Source of the DNA: Cyanobacteria bacterium J06626_4
Lineage (GTDB): Bacteria; Cyanobacteriota; Cyanobacteriia; Phormidesmidales; Phormidesmidaceae
Assembly: GCA_038523235.1 (NCBI GenBank)
Contig: JBCBJQ010000012.1
Span: 1 to 64,000 of the forward strand
Reading direction: 5' to 3'
DNA length: 64,000 nucleotides
This document shows, one piece after another, positions 31,863 through 41,124 of this stretch (position 1 is its first letter; every line of letters starts with the position of its first letter). Position numbers and translations under genes: made by a program. The notes under the pieces were generated by a model, which ran no database searches, had not been told where the DNA came from, and saw only the letters and a program-made list of their open reading frames with translations.

Positions 31863-33629
31863 ATGTTAACTGCACTTGCATGGCTTCCACTTGTCCAGGC
31901 TGTCGCGATCGCGCCGCCGCTGCAAGCGCCTCCTCAGATCGCTGCTGTTCCCCCGATTGAGGGCACTGCTTTACCGAGAATTCCTAACGAATTCACCTCA
32001 CCTTATGAGGTGCGACCGCTGCCGGGTCAGCTCGACACGACGCCGGTATTTAATAGCAACAGTCCGGAGCTGATTCAGCAGGAAGGCATTTTACTTTCGA
32101 CCTTCCCAGCTGATGATATGGCCGACGGGGATGCCCACCTAGACTTTTCTTTTGAAGGGCGGTTTGACTTTTTTGCCCATCATATTGCCCGCGGGGTGGC
32201 CTATGACGATCGCCGCACCTTATTTGTCGGCGGCGTTCTCTATAATCCCAGCGATGAACCGGTCACCGTCACCATTGAGCAGGGCGTCAGCTACCTCAGC
32301 CAAGATGCTCCTTTCTATGATTTGCCCGCGCTGCGCATGAATCCCAATGGGGAGGTTTTTGCCGGGCCGGGCAGCCGCACCGTCACCGATTTTTTGCAAG
32401 GTCGGGGGCAACCCCAGTGGCCCCGGCGCGTGGTCATTCCGCCCGAGCGCGCTTATCTCTTACTCAACGCCCCGATTCCACTACGGCGCCTGCCCTTTGC
32501 CGCTGATGCGACGCTGCCCCCCGGCTCGGTTTTGCCGGGTGCCCCCATCACCGGCAGTGTGGCCCCCGTGGCGTCGGTCATTCCTCAAGGAGACACTCGC
32601 GAACTGCCGAGTAATGGGCGATCGCTGCTGCTGCATATGTCCAGTGATGGACCGGTCTATGCGGCAACTTTAGCCATGTACGCCCCGCGCACCTTAGAAG
32701 GCCAAGAGCGCGCCCCCACGCTGCAGGAATGGCTAGCGCTACTCGTCAATGGTAATTTGGCCGGACCGCGAGACATTGCCCCCTCTGACCCGGAGGCTTA
32801 TCAGGACAGCGATCGCACCGGTCGATTTTTTTATGGTCGCGTGGCGGGCGTCGCCGCAGGCTCACAGTGGGAAGCCGTCGCAGCCGACAGCCCCGACAGC
32901 GATCGGCTCACTATTCCACGCCCCGGTGAGGCCATCTCCTATGTGCTGAGCACAGTTGATTACAACACCTTTGGCACTGAACAGATTCAGAGCGCCCCGA
33001 TGCTGGCCCGGTATCCTGACACCGCCTACCGGGCCCACGGTAATTACGGCATTCACTATAGTGTCAAGCTGCCCCTCTACAACGATTCTGATAGTGAGCA
33101 GCGCATCGTTTTGCGATTGCAAACGCCCCTGCAAGATGAAACGCTACCCTACGGCCTGCGGTTCTTGCGCAATCCACCAAACCGCATTTTCTTTCGCGGT
33201 ACTGTGCGCGTGCAATACCAAACCGCCTCGGGGCAAAAACAAACGCGATACGTTCACTTAGTGCAGCGCCAAGGCGATGAGGGCGAACCTCTGCTCCGAC
33301 TGCTGCTGCCGCCGCAAGCTCAAAATAATGTTGTCATCGATTTGATTTATCCACCTGATGCAACGCCCCCCCAAGTGCTAACCGTCTCTACCGCAGGGAT
33401 TGCCAATACCCGTCTCTTTGAACAGCCGGAAGCCGCAACACCCCCTACCGCCAGCGACGGCGCACCGGCAGTCGATGACAGCGATGGTCTCTCCGATTCG
33501 ACCGCAGAGACCTCGATCGCGCCAGCGGTTGAAAATGAAAGCGACCCCCAGGAGGCATCGCCGGCCAACAACGCCCCAGACCCAGCTCGGCCCATGAATG
33601 AAGCTGCCGCCGATGCTGAGCGTCTTTAG
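31863..33629 (+). CDS. DUF3370 domain exported protein
   Basis: VRPLPGQLD.TPVFNSNSPE, GILLSTFP, YGRVAGVA.GSQW, AHGNYG and YPPDATPPQVLT; acidic low-complexity tail. Confidence 0.88.
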   Translation: MLTALAWLPLVQAVAIAPPLQAPPQIAAVPPIEGTALPRIPNEFTSPYEVRPLPGQLDTTPVFNSNSPELIQQEGILLSTFPADDMADGDAHLDFSFEGRFDFFAHHIARGVAYDDRRTLFVGGVLYNPSDEPVTVTIEQGVSYLSQDAPFYDLPALRMNPNGEVFAGPGSRTVTDFLQGRGQPQWPRRVVIPPERAYLLLNAPIPLRRLPFAADATLPPGSVLPGAPITGSVAPVASVIPQGDTRELPSNGRSLLLHMSSDGPVYAATLAMYAPRTLEGQERAPTLQEWLALLVNGNLAGPRDIAPSDPEAYQDSDRTGRFFYGRVAGVAAGSQWEAVAADSPDSDRLTIPRPGEAISYVLSTVDYNTFGTEQIQSAPMLARYPDTAYRAHGNYGIHYSVKLPLYNDSDSEQRIVLRLQTPLQDETLPYGLRFLRNPPNRIFFRGTVRVQYQTASGQKQTRYVHLVQRQGDEGEPLLRLLLPPQAQNNVVIDLIYPPDATPPQVLTVSTAGIANTRLFEQPEAATPPTASDGAPAVDDSDGLSDSTAETSIAPAVENESDPQEASPANNAPDPARPMNEAAADAERL

Positions 33630-34072
33630 AGAGCAGCTCAACGGTAAAGCTCAAGGGCAGGCATTTCCTGTGCACTGCCTCAATGGCTCAACTGTCGTCA
33701 TGACCCGACCCGGCATGCCGCAGGCCCGGCAACCAGATGGCCCATCCTGCTACGCCTCACTCCTCGAACAGCCTGGAGTGAAGCGCAATCGCCTAGCAGC
33801 GAGCCATCCATGATGAGAGTCAACTCCCAAGACCTGACCCACTGATAAGAAAGGATTATGGGCAAACAGACCGAATATCGGTGAATTCCTTACCTCAGCA
33901 GAGCGAGAATCGTTAAGATTTAAGGCGTGAATTTTAAAATTACCCTCTAGTTCTGGGGAATTCACTGATTTTTCCGGCAATGTCTGAAACGGCGGTGGCC
34001 TGAGCGGTCAGACAGTATTTGCAACCAAGCTCGATACACGCCCCCGTTAATGTCTACTGAATTGCGGCATAC

Positions 34073-36034
34073 ATGCTCCCTATCTCGGAACTTTCTTCTC
34101 TGCAAGCCCTGTCTCGGCGCAGTGTTCTCAAACTTTTTGGATTTGGCACCCTTGCTGCTGGGGTAGGGTACTCCCGGTTCAGTAAGCCGCAGCCGACCAT
34201 TCATCATCAAGATGCTTTGACGCTACCGCGCCAGCCGCAGCGAGCCCTCAAAGCCGTGGTGGTAGGCGGTGGCTTAGCCGGGTTAGCCGCCGCCTATGAG
34301 CTGAGCCAGCGCGGTGTTCAGGTCACCTTGCTAGAGCGATCGCCGCAATTGGGCGGCAAAATTGCCAGCTGGCCGATTCAAGTGGGCGATGAACAGTTCA
34401 TGATGGAGCATGGCTTTCACGGCTTCTTTCCCCAGTATTACAACCTGTTTGGGCTGGTTGAAGAACTGGATATTCGCCGCAACTTTAAATCGCTCGACTA
34501 CTACTCTGTGGTCTACAAAGAGGGGTACCAGCCGGAAGTCTTCCGACCTAGCCACTCGGCTTTTCCGTGGAATGTCATCGACCTCGCGGTGAATTCGCCC
34601 AACCGTTTGAAGTGGGGCATCAACCTGGCCAAACTCAAGCACCTAGAGGTATTTCGCGAAATCACCGGGTTTCGGGCTCCCCAAAGCTTCAACCGGCTCG
34701 ATCAAATTTCTGTGGCCGAATGGGTACAAGAGGATTTTCCCCGAGGGCTTTACGATCTATACTTCCTTCCTTTTGCCAAATCGAGCCTCAATGCGCCCGA
34801 CACGATGAGCGCCGGTGAACTCATGCAGTTCTTTCACTTCTACTTTTTTGGCAATCCTGAAGGGCTGGCTTTCAACGGCACCTGTCAAGATATGGGCCGC
34901 AGCCTGGTAGACCCCATCGTGGCAGCAATTACGGCCCAGGGCGGTCAAGTGATCACGGGTGCGACGGTGAGTGAATTGGGCTGGCACAATGACCAGCTGA
35001 CCCACGTGACCTATCAGCAAGGAGCCGTCGCCGCCCAGCCCGTACCCTTTTGGGTTGATCGCAACCCGTTGCTCAGCACCACTGAGATGGAATATTTTGG
35101 CGCAGGCGATCGCGTCTTTAGTCATCGACCAGGCACGTCAGAAGCCCTGTCGCTCACCTGCACCCACCAGGGCTGCACCGTGCAACAAACTGTGCAGTCA
35201 ACCGGGGCAGACGAGGGCTATGCCTGTCCCTGTCATGGCGCCGTATATGCCAATGATGGCGAAGTGCTGGGCGGGCCTGCCCGGGAAAACTTAACTCGTT
35301 ATCGGGTCCTGGAACGAGCGGACAACCAGATTCAGCTGGTGGCGATCGCAAATCCTGACGCCCCGACGATCGCCGAAACGCTGGAAGCCGACTACTATGT
35401 CCTCGCCGCTGACATTCCCGGCATTAAACAGCTGTTATCGCTATCAGCAGGACCGGTTGAAACGACCGTTGCTACGCAGGTCGATCAACTCCAGGTGGCT
35501 GATCCATTCGCGGTCGGCCGCTTTTGGTTTGACCGGGATTTTGACTGGGCACACAGCTGGTTTACCTCCCTGTCAGGCTATCGGCTCACCGACAGCATCA
35601 CCCTCTATCACCGCATTCAAGAAGACTATATTGACTGGGCCGAGCGCACCGGCGGTAGCGTCGTTGAGCTGCATGCCTACTGCTACAAAGAAAAGGAATT
35701 TCCGACTCAGCAAGCCCTGTTGGAAACCTTTCAAACAGAGCTGTTCGAAATTGTGCCAGAACTGCAGGCAGCGACGCTGCTACACAAGCAGCTGGTCAAC
35801 CAGAAAAACTTCGCAGGCTTTCCTCCCGGCAGTTTTGACGATCGCCCCGAAACGACGACCCCCGCTGGTAATTTGCTGTTTGCCGGTGATTGGGTGAAAA
35901 TGCCGTTTCCCTGTGGGCTGATGGAACGGGCCGTTAGCAGTGGGCTACTGGCAGCCAATGCCATCCTGCAAAAAGAGGGGGCCCAGCGCCGACCGATTTT
36001 GTCCGTCAATCCAGAAGGAATCTTGAAAATCTAG
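34073..36034 (+). CDS. cruE: CrtU/CruE-like aromatic carotenoid desaturase/methyltransferase with inserted Rieske domain
   Basis: FAD motif GGGLAGL, EHGFHGFFPQYYNL, Rieske CTHQGC...CPCHG and LMERAVSSGLLAAN; Tat-like SRRSVLK at the N-terminus. Confidence 0.7.
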   Translation: MLPISELSSLQALSRRSVLKLFGFGTLAAGVGYSRFSKPQPTIHHQDALTLPRQPQRALKAVVVGGGLAGLAAAYELSQRGVQVTLLERSPQLGGKIASWPIQVGDEQFMMEHGFHGFFPQYYNLFGLVEELDIRRNFKSLDYYSVVYKEGYQPEVFRPSHSAFPWNVIDLAVNSPNRLKWGINLAKLKHLEVFREITGFRAPQSFNRLDQISVAEWVQEDFPRGLYDLYFLPFAKSSLNAPDTMSAGELMQFFHFYFFGNPEGLAFNGTCQDMGRSLVDPIVAAITAQGGQVITGATVSELGWHNDQLTHVTYQQGAVAAQPVPFWVDRNPLLSTTEMEYFGAGDRVFSHRPGTSEALSLTCTHQGCTVQQTVQSTGADEGYACPCHGAVYANDGEVLGGPARENLTRYRVLERADNQIQLVAIANPDAPTIAETLEADYYVLAADIPGIKQLLSLSAGPVETTVATQVDQLQVADPFAVGRFWFDRDFDWAHSWFTSLSGYRLTDSITLYHRIQEDYIDWAERTGGSVVELHAYCYKEKEFPTQQALLETFQTELFEIVPELQAATLLHKQLVNQKNFAGFPPGSFDDRPETTTPAGNLLFAGDWVKMPFPCGLMERAVSSGLLAANAILQKEGAQRRPILSVNPEGILKI

Positions 36035-36177
36035 CCGCTAGTCCTCTACTGCAGAAGTCACGCAGTCATTCAAGTTTTTCTGCTCCCTTGCTCCACTGCT
36101 CCCTAGCTATCGGTAATAATCGATTACCAGGGTGTTTCCGCCTAGTTCTGCTGCCTGCTGTTGATGAGTCTCCCTCT

Positions 36178-37269
36178 ATGGTCGCTATTTCTACCTCAGT
36201 CACCGCATCCGCAACGCCAACGCCCAAAGACGTGCGATCGCTGGGCATTAATCCTCACCACTGGTATGCAGTGGCCCGCTCCAGCGAAGTAGTTGACCAG
36301 CCGCGAGCAGTGGTTCTTTGGGGCGACGCGATCGTGCTGTTTAGAGACGCGGCAGGTGAGATACAAGCGCTAGAAGATCGCTGCCCCCATCGACAGGTCA
36401 AGCTCAGTCAGGGTGAGGTCACCGAGGGCCAGATGGAATGCATCTATCACGGCTGGCGGTTTGACGCCGCCGGTCACTGTACCCATGTTCCTTACTTGGC
36501 TGACAACCAAAAGCTGCCCAGCTGCAAGATCAAAACGTATCCCGTACAAGAGCGCGACGGCTTTGTTTGGCTGTTTCCCGGCGATCGCGATCGGCTAGCG
36601 ACCACAAACCTTCAACCCCTAGCACTGCCCGAGTGGGATCATCTCAACTACATCGCTACCGTTTCAGTCATTGATGTAGCCGCCCACTACTCATTTCTGA
36701 TCGAAAACCTGATGGATATGTACCACGGGCGACTCCACGACGACTATCAGGCTTGGGCAGAACCGGTGCTGGCTGAGCTAACGGCAACATCAGAGCGGGT
36801 AGACGTGCTCTACAACGCGCAAAGCTACTACCGCATCGACAAAATTTGGTCGGTCTCACAGCTATTCTTTCCGTCCCTGCGCCGACTGCATCCCGAAGAG
36901 TTACGGGTGAGTTATGCCTACCCCAACTGGGTTTCGACCTTAGGGCAAGACTTCAAAATTTGCTGTCTATTCTGTCCCATCAGCCCAACGCAGACACGGG
37001 CTTACCTGATTCACTTCACGTCACTGCAGGCTTTTCATCGACTGCACAAGCTGCCCGTTGCTTTTCGTCGCTGGATCAAAGACAGCCTATTTGGCGCGGC
37101 CCAAAAAATGCTGGATGGCTTAGTCGAGCAAGATGTGTTGATGTTAGAACAAGAGCAAGCCGCCTACCGTCAAAATCCGGCCTACAAAGGTCCAGAACTC
37201 AATCGAGCACTCATCAGCGTTCAAGAACTCATTCGTCAACAAGCAACTGATTCCACAACTGAAGTTTAG
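36178..37269 (+). CDS. Rieske non-heme iron oxygenase alpha subunit
   Basis: Rieske DRCPHR...CIYHGW; mononuclear Fe motif ENLMDMYHGRLH. Confidence 0.92.
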   Translation: MVAISTSVTASATPTPKDVRSLGINPHHWYAVARSSEVVDQPRAVVLWGDAIVLFRDAAGEIQALEDRCPHRQVKLSQGEVTEGQMECIYHGWRFDAAGHCTHVPYLADNQKLPSCKIKTYPVQERDGFVWLFPGDRDRLATTNLQPLALPEWDHLNYIATVSVIDVAAHYSFLIENLMDMYHGRLHDDYQAWAEPVLAELTATSERVDVLYNAQSYYRIDKIWSVSQLFFPSLRRLHPEELRVSYAYPNWVSTLGQDFKICCLFCPISPTQTRAYLIHFTSLQAFHRLHKLPVAFRRWIKDSLFGAAQKMLDGLVEQDVLMLEQEQAAYRQNPAYKGPELNRALISVQELIRQQATDSTTEV

Positions 37270-37554
37270 GGGGCGCGATCGCATCCTTTAAGTTGTCGAT
37301 CAAGATGTGTTGAAGAGAATGGAGCAGATGCATGACGGGCACGCAGCTGAGGCCAGTTGTATAGCAGAATGGGAATCCTGCTACATGCAGCCCACATCAC
37401 AGGGCTGGTAGCACGATCGCCGGTGGCCCTGAATTGGTCAAGACAGCCTCTCTGGCCTGACGAAATCGTTCTCCAAACAGCGAGGGGGCAACCTGGCATC
37501 ATGCCCCCTATAGGCATTCCTACCGCTTTAGGACGACCAGCGGCATCACTGCAT

Positions 37555-38184
37555 TCAATCAGAAAAATAGCTTTGTAGGTAGTTAAAGCAAAGCTTCTGT
37601 GTTTCCTGTACTAGGCGTTGCCGGAATGCTGGCGGCTGCCTCGACGCGATCCAGATCAAGTTGCCGATCGCCTTCACGAGCACAAACGCGATCGCTTCAC
37701 AATCTTCTGGGCTGAAGGCACTATTCAGCTTGGTCAAGATCCCCGTCATCGTTTGAATCAACTGCTGATCACCGGCTTCCTCGGTTTCTGGCATGGTGGT
37801 GGTGATTTCCACAAATACGGCACGATAGCCAGGGTTTTCCAGAAAGAAGGTATCCACTCCCTCAACTAGCTGCCGGACATATTCCGATAAGGGAAGCACC
37901 AGCATGGCCTCTGCTGCAAACACTTGCACCTGCTGGTCAAGCAAATCGGAATAGCGCTCTGCTAAAGCTTGCAAAATTGCCTCTTTATCAGGAAAAAACT
38001 GATACAGCGTCCCGATGGGCACTTCGGCAATTGCCGCAATCTCTTTGGTGGTGGCAGCGGCATATCCCTGCTCGATAAAGATGGCTTCAGCCACATCCAA
38101 AATCCGATTCACTCGCTCTAAACTGCGAGCCTGCTTGGGTTTGCGCCACTTGCGCGCGATCGCTGGCGTCGCTTGCTCAACCAT
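37555..38184 (-). CDS. TetR/AcrR family transcriptional regulator
   Basis: PKQARS.ERV.RIL..A...F...GY...TT..IA..A.V.IGTLYQFFPDKEAI. Confidence 0.95.
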   Translation of the reverse strand: MVEQATPAIARKWRKPKQARSLERVNRILDVAEAIFIEQGYAAATTKEIAAIAEVPIGTLYQFFPDKEAILQALAERYSDLLDQQVQVFAAEAMLVLPLSEYVRQLVEGVDTFFLENPGYRAVFVEITTTMPETEEAGDQQLIQTMTGILTKLNSAFSPEDCEAIAFVLVKAIGNLIWIASRQPPAFRQRLVQETQKLCFNYLQSYFSD

Positions 38185-38199
38185 TTAGTCCACTTCCCC

Positions 38200-38253
38200 T
38201 TGACACAACATGAGTGATGCTCATATATTTTACAACATGAGCTTCGCTCGTCT
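38200..38253. promoter_or_regulatory. Divergent promoter with two ACATGAG-N5-CTC(AT) operator palindromes
   Basis: TTGACA at 38200 and TATATT at 38224 on +; TAAAAT on - at 38232-38227. Operators ACATGAGTGATGCTCATAT (38208) and ACATGAGCTTCGCTCGTCT (38235). Confidence 0.75.
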
Positions 38254-38390
38254 TTTCGTTTAGCAGGATATCGCAATGCCACATTCTCGGCAGCTCCGTA
38301 TGAATCGATTGGGTCATTTGCGATTGACGTTTACGAAGCAACTCATTACTCGCCTGCGTACCGCTCGCAATCAATCATTAATGGGATTTC

Positions 38391-39353
38391 ATGAATTATC
38401 CAACAGTTACCTCCTCATCGATGACTTCTCTACCAGCTCCGATGTCCGACCAGCCCCTGCTGCATGTGCTCTCTCACCCGACTCAGACACCTCAGGAGAT
38501 CCTTGATTTAGCGGTACAGGGCAGACAGGGACAAGAACTGGCAAGAGCCGAGATCGAACTGAGAAAAGTCACGAAAGCGCTCTCCACCCTAGCCGGTGGC
38601 ACCTTTAACGATCCGGTGATGCTTGCCGCCCTGTCCTTGCCCAGCCAAGCTGATGCTGTGCTTTGGGTGGCTTACATGCTGTTTGATCAAGCCCAACCAG
38701 CCCACACTCCAGGGTATTCCATCCATAAGCGCCAGCGAGACTGTCGGACGCTTTTAGATGCCTTGAGCCAGATCAAAATAGGCCAGTGGTATGAGGCGAT
38801 GGTCACCCCCAGCCACTATGGTTCAGGCTGCCAGGGGCTGCAGTTTCCAGCGATGCACCCGCAACCCAATGGTCTGTATCGCCAACATCTCCTGCCTCGC
38901 TGGAAAAGCACCTATTACCCAGTTGACAGCTACTTTACGTATCTCTTTGAAGAGCGCAAAAGAGAATTTCTCCACATTTTGGCCGACTTAGGGGCGACAA
39001 ACATCACTCTTCAGCCCTCTGAGCAGACCGATCTTGCCAATCGTTCTCTGACTGCGCAGGTGTGGGAATTTCCCGGAAAATCCTGGTCTAGCACTCGAGT
39101 CTTTAACCCGTCGCGATATGCCTGGCTGACCTACGACCAGCAACTAGACTCCCTCGTTAACAACCGGCTCAGTCATGGTCTCAACAAAGTCCAGTTTGAG
39201 ATTAACCTCGACGTTGATCAGATTTTATCTAATCGATTTAGCGAAATTAAGACTTTCCTAAATCAGATGGAATCGCTCGATGTCGCCGCGATGACGACGC
39301 TGCTGCAACAGTCCTTGCGGCCGTACAGGGTGAACGCTGAGTTTGCTGTTTAA
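38391..39353 (+). CDS. Hypothetical protein
   Basis: 320-aa ORF divergent from TetR, with motif LQFPAMHPQP..LYRQH......YYP...YF.YLFEERKREF..IL..LGAT.I. Confidence 0.75.
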   Translation: MNYPTVTSSSMTSLPAPMSDQPLLHVLSHPTQTPQEILDLAVQGRQGQELARAEIELRKVTKALSTLAGGTFNDPVMLAALSLPSQADAVLWVAYMLFDQAQPAHTPGYSIHKRQRDCRTLLDALSQIKIGQWYEAMVTPSHYGSGCQGLQFPAMHPQPNGLYRQHLLPRWKSTYYPVDSYFTYLFEERKREFLHILADLGATNITLQPSEQTDLANRSLTAQVWEFPGKSWSSTRVFNPSRYAWLTYDQQLDSLVNNRLSHGLNKVQFEINLDVDQILSNRFSEIKTFLNQMESLDVAAMTTLLQQSLRPYRVNAEFAV

Positions 39354-39483
39354 GACTGATATGTAAACGCTGCTTTTAGCAGACTGGCAACGTGGCGTGG
39401 CAATCAAGAATGAACAGATTTAAGCAAGCCTAACGCTGCCAGACCTTGCAAAACATAGATTTTTTCAGGCATAAGCAACACCT

Positions 39484-39533
39484 GAAACGCTTTGAAGACG
39501 TTTTAGAGACAGTTTTGAGACGTTTTAGACACG
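39484..39533 (+). promoter_or_regulatory. Four to five 11-bp-phased direct repeats (GAGACGTTTT-like) upstream of the RND operon
   Basis: GAAACGCTTTG AAGACGTTTTA GAGACAGTTTT GAGACGTTTTA GACACG. Confidence 0.55.
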
Positions 39534-39606
39534 CCACTCCCTGAAGTTGTCTGGCGATGGCGCTAGCGGGTAATTGACCTTCCATTGTTGTCTGGAGACC
39601 CTGTTT

Positions 39607-41124
39607 ATGAACGCTGAACATCCTCGTTTCCCAGCATCTATGATGCCTCAGACCTCCCCTACCGCAGCAAGTTCACACCCTTCGGAGCCGGCTCCACAAC
39701 CCCCAGAGCCGGCTCCACAAACTCCAGAACATGTCCCAGAATCAGCCCCGGCTGAGCGGCCACCGGGCAAGTCTGCCTGGCCGGTGATTGCTCTGATCAT
39801 GCTGGTGATCGCTGGGTTGGTGGGTTGGCGCATCTATACCGGACTCACCGCTGCGCCCGCAGATGAAACCACAGAGACCGCCCCCCAAGGCCGTCTCCCC
39901 GTTCAGGTAACCCGCGCTGAAACTGGCTTGGCCCAGGGGTGGGTCTTCGATGAAGGCACATCATTGCCGGTTCGGTTACGGGTGCTCAACTTCTACGCCA
40001 ATGGCGATATTACCTATGTGGCCAAAATCAACGGGGTAGGACTGCGGGAGGGTGATTTCGTTACCCAAGGGCAGCTGCTAGCCACCATTGATGACCGCCG
40101 CCAAAGCTCTAGCATTGAGACCGCCAACGCCGATATTCAAGTCGCGATTAACCAGCGCGACCAATCAGAGGCAGCCCGGCTACAGGCCCAAGCCGATTTA
40201 GAGCGGGCTGAATCTGACCTCGCGCTAGCCCAAACCGAACTGCAGCGTTATCAATCCCTATTTGAGCAGGGGGCAGTGGCGGAGAGCGATCGCGACGCCT
40301 ATCGCAATCGCGTTGATCAGGCCCAAGCTGCCCTCAAAACGGCCCAGCAGAGCGTCCGTTCAGCGACGGATGGCGTTAGTTCAGCGGAGTCGGCCATCAC
40401 GGCTGCTCAGGCCCGCCGCAATCAAGTCAACGTAGACCTCGAAGACACACAACTCATTGCCCCCATTGATGGCGTGATTGCCTACATGAACATTCAAGAG
40501 GGCGAATACTGGAGCACCCAATACCTCGATACCAGCGATCCGCAAGCGGTGACGGAAACAGCCCCGATCGTGGTCGTTGACCCGGCCACCTATGAAGTCG
40601 AGTTAGAAATTCAAGCCGATGACGCGAACTTAGTCCGCCCGGGCCAGCGCGCTTACGTGGTGTTAGAAGAAGCCGTGAGTACGGCCCAAGCCAGTGGGGC
40701 CAATCAGCCCGATCTGCTAGGGATTGCCCAGCAGCAGGGCAGTCAAGGCCAGGTTTTTTCTGTGAGTCCGTCCCAAACACCGGGGGGACGGGGCACGAAG
40801 GTGTCGATTCGAGATTTTCAACAGGTGCGCAATCTGAAGGTCGGGGCGCGAGTTTACGTCTGGATTGAAACGGTGGCCAAACCCGATGCCGTATTAGTGC
40901 CCCTCGGTGCGGTTTTGGTGCGAGGTCAGGAGTCCCATGTATTTGTGGTCAATCAGGCAGATGGAACCGTGCAGCAGCGCCGGGTCGATCAGGGGGTAGA
41001 AGGCACCGCCGGGGTAGAAATTCTCTCGGGGGTGCAACCGGGTGAACTGATTGTCATTGAGGGTCAAAACCGCTTAGTAGATGGCAGCCCCGTTGAAGTC
41101 ATCACACAGGAGAACGGACAATGA
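39607..41124 (+). CDS. RND efflux periplasmic adaptor (MFP)
   Basis: TM anchor, lipoyl halves (EGDFVTQGQLLA; LIAPIDGVI), long coiled coil and EILSGVQPGE.IV.EGQ. Start codon uncertain. Confidence 0.92.
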   Translation: MNAEHPRFPASMMPQTSPTAASSHPSEPAPQPPEPAPQTPEHVPESAPAERPPGKSAWPVIALIMLVIAGLVGWRIYTGLTAAPADETTETAPQGRLPVQVTRAETGLAQGWVFDEGTSLPVRLRVLNFYANGDITYVAKINGVGLREGDFVTQGQLLATIDDRRQSSSIETANADIQVAINQRDQSEAARLQAQADLERAESDLALAQTELQRYQSLFEQGAVAESDRDAYRNRVDQAQAALKTAQQSVRSATDGVSSAESAITAAQARRNQVNVDLEDTQLIAPIDGVIAYMNIQEGEYWSTQYLDTSDPQAVTETAPIVVVDPATYEVELEIQADDANLVRPGQRAYVVLEEAVSTAQASGANQPDLLGIAQQQGSQGQVFSVSPSQTPGGRGTKVSIRDFQQVRNLKVGARVYVWIETVAKPDAVLVPLGAVLVRGQESHVFVVNQADGTVQQRRVDQGVEGTAGVEILSGVQPGELIVIEGQNRLVDGSPVEVITQENGQ

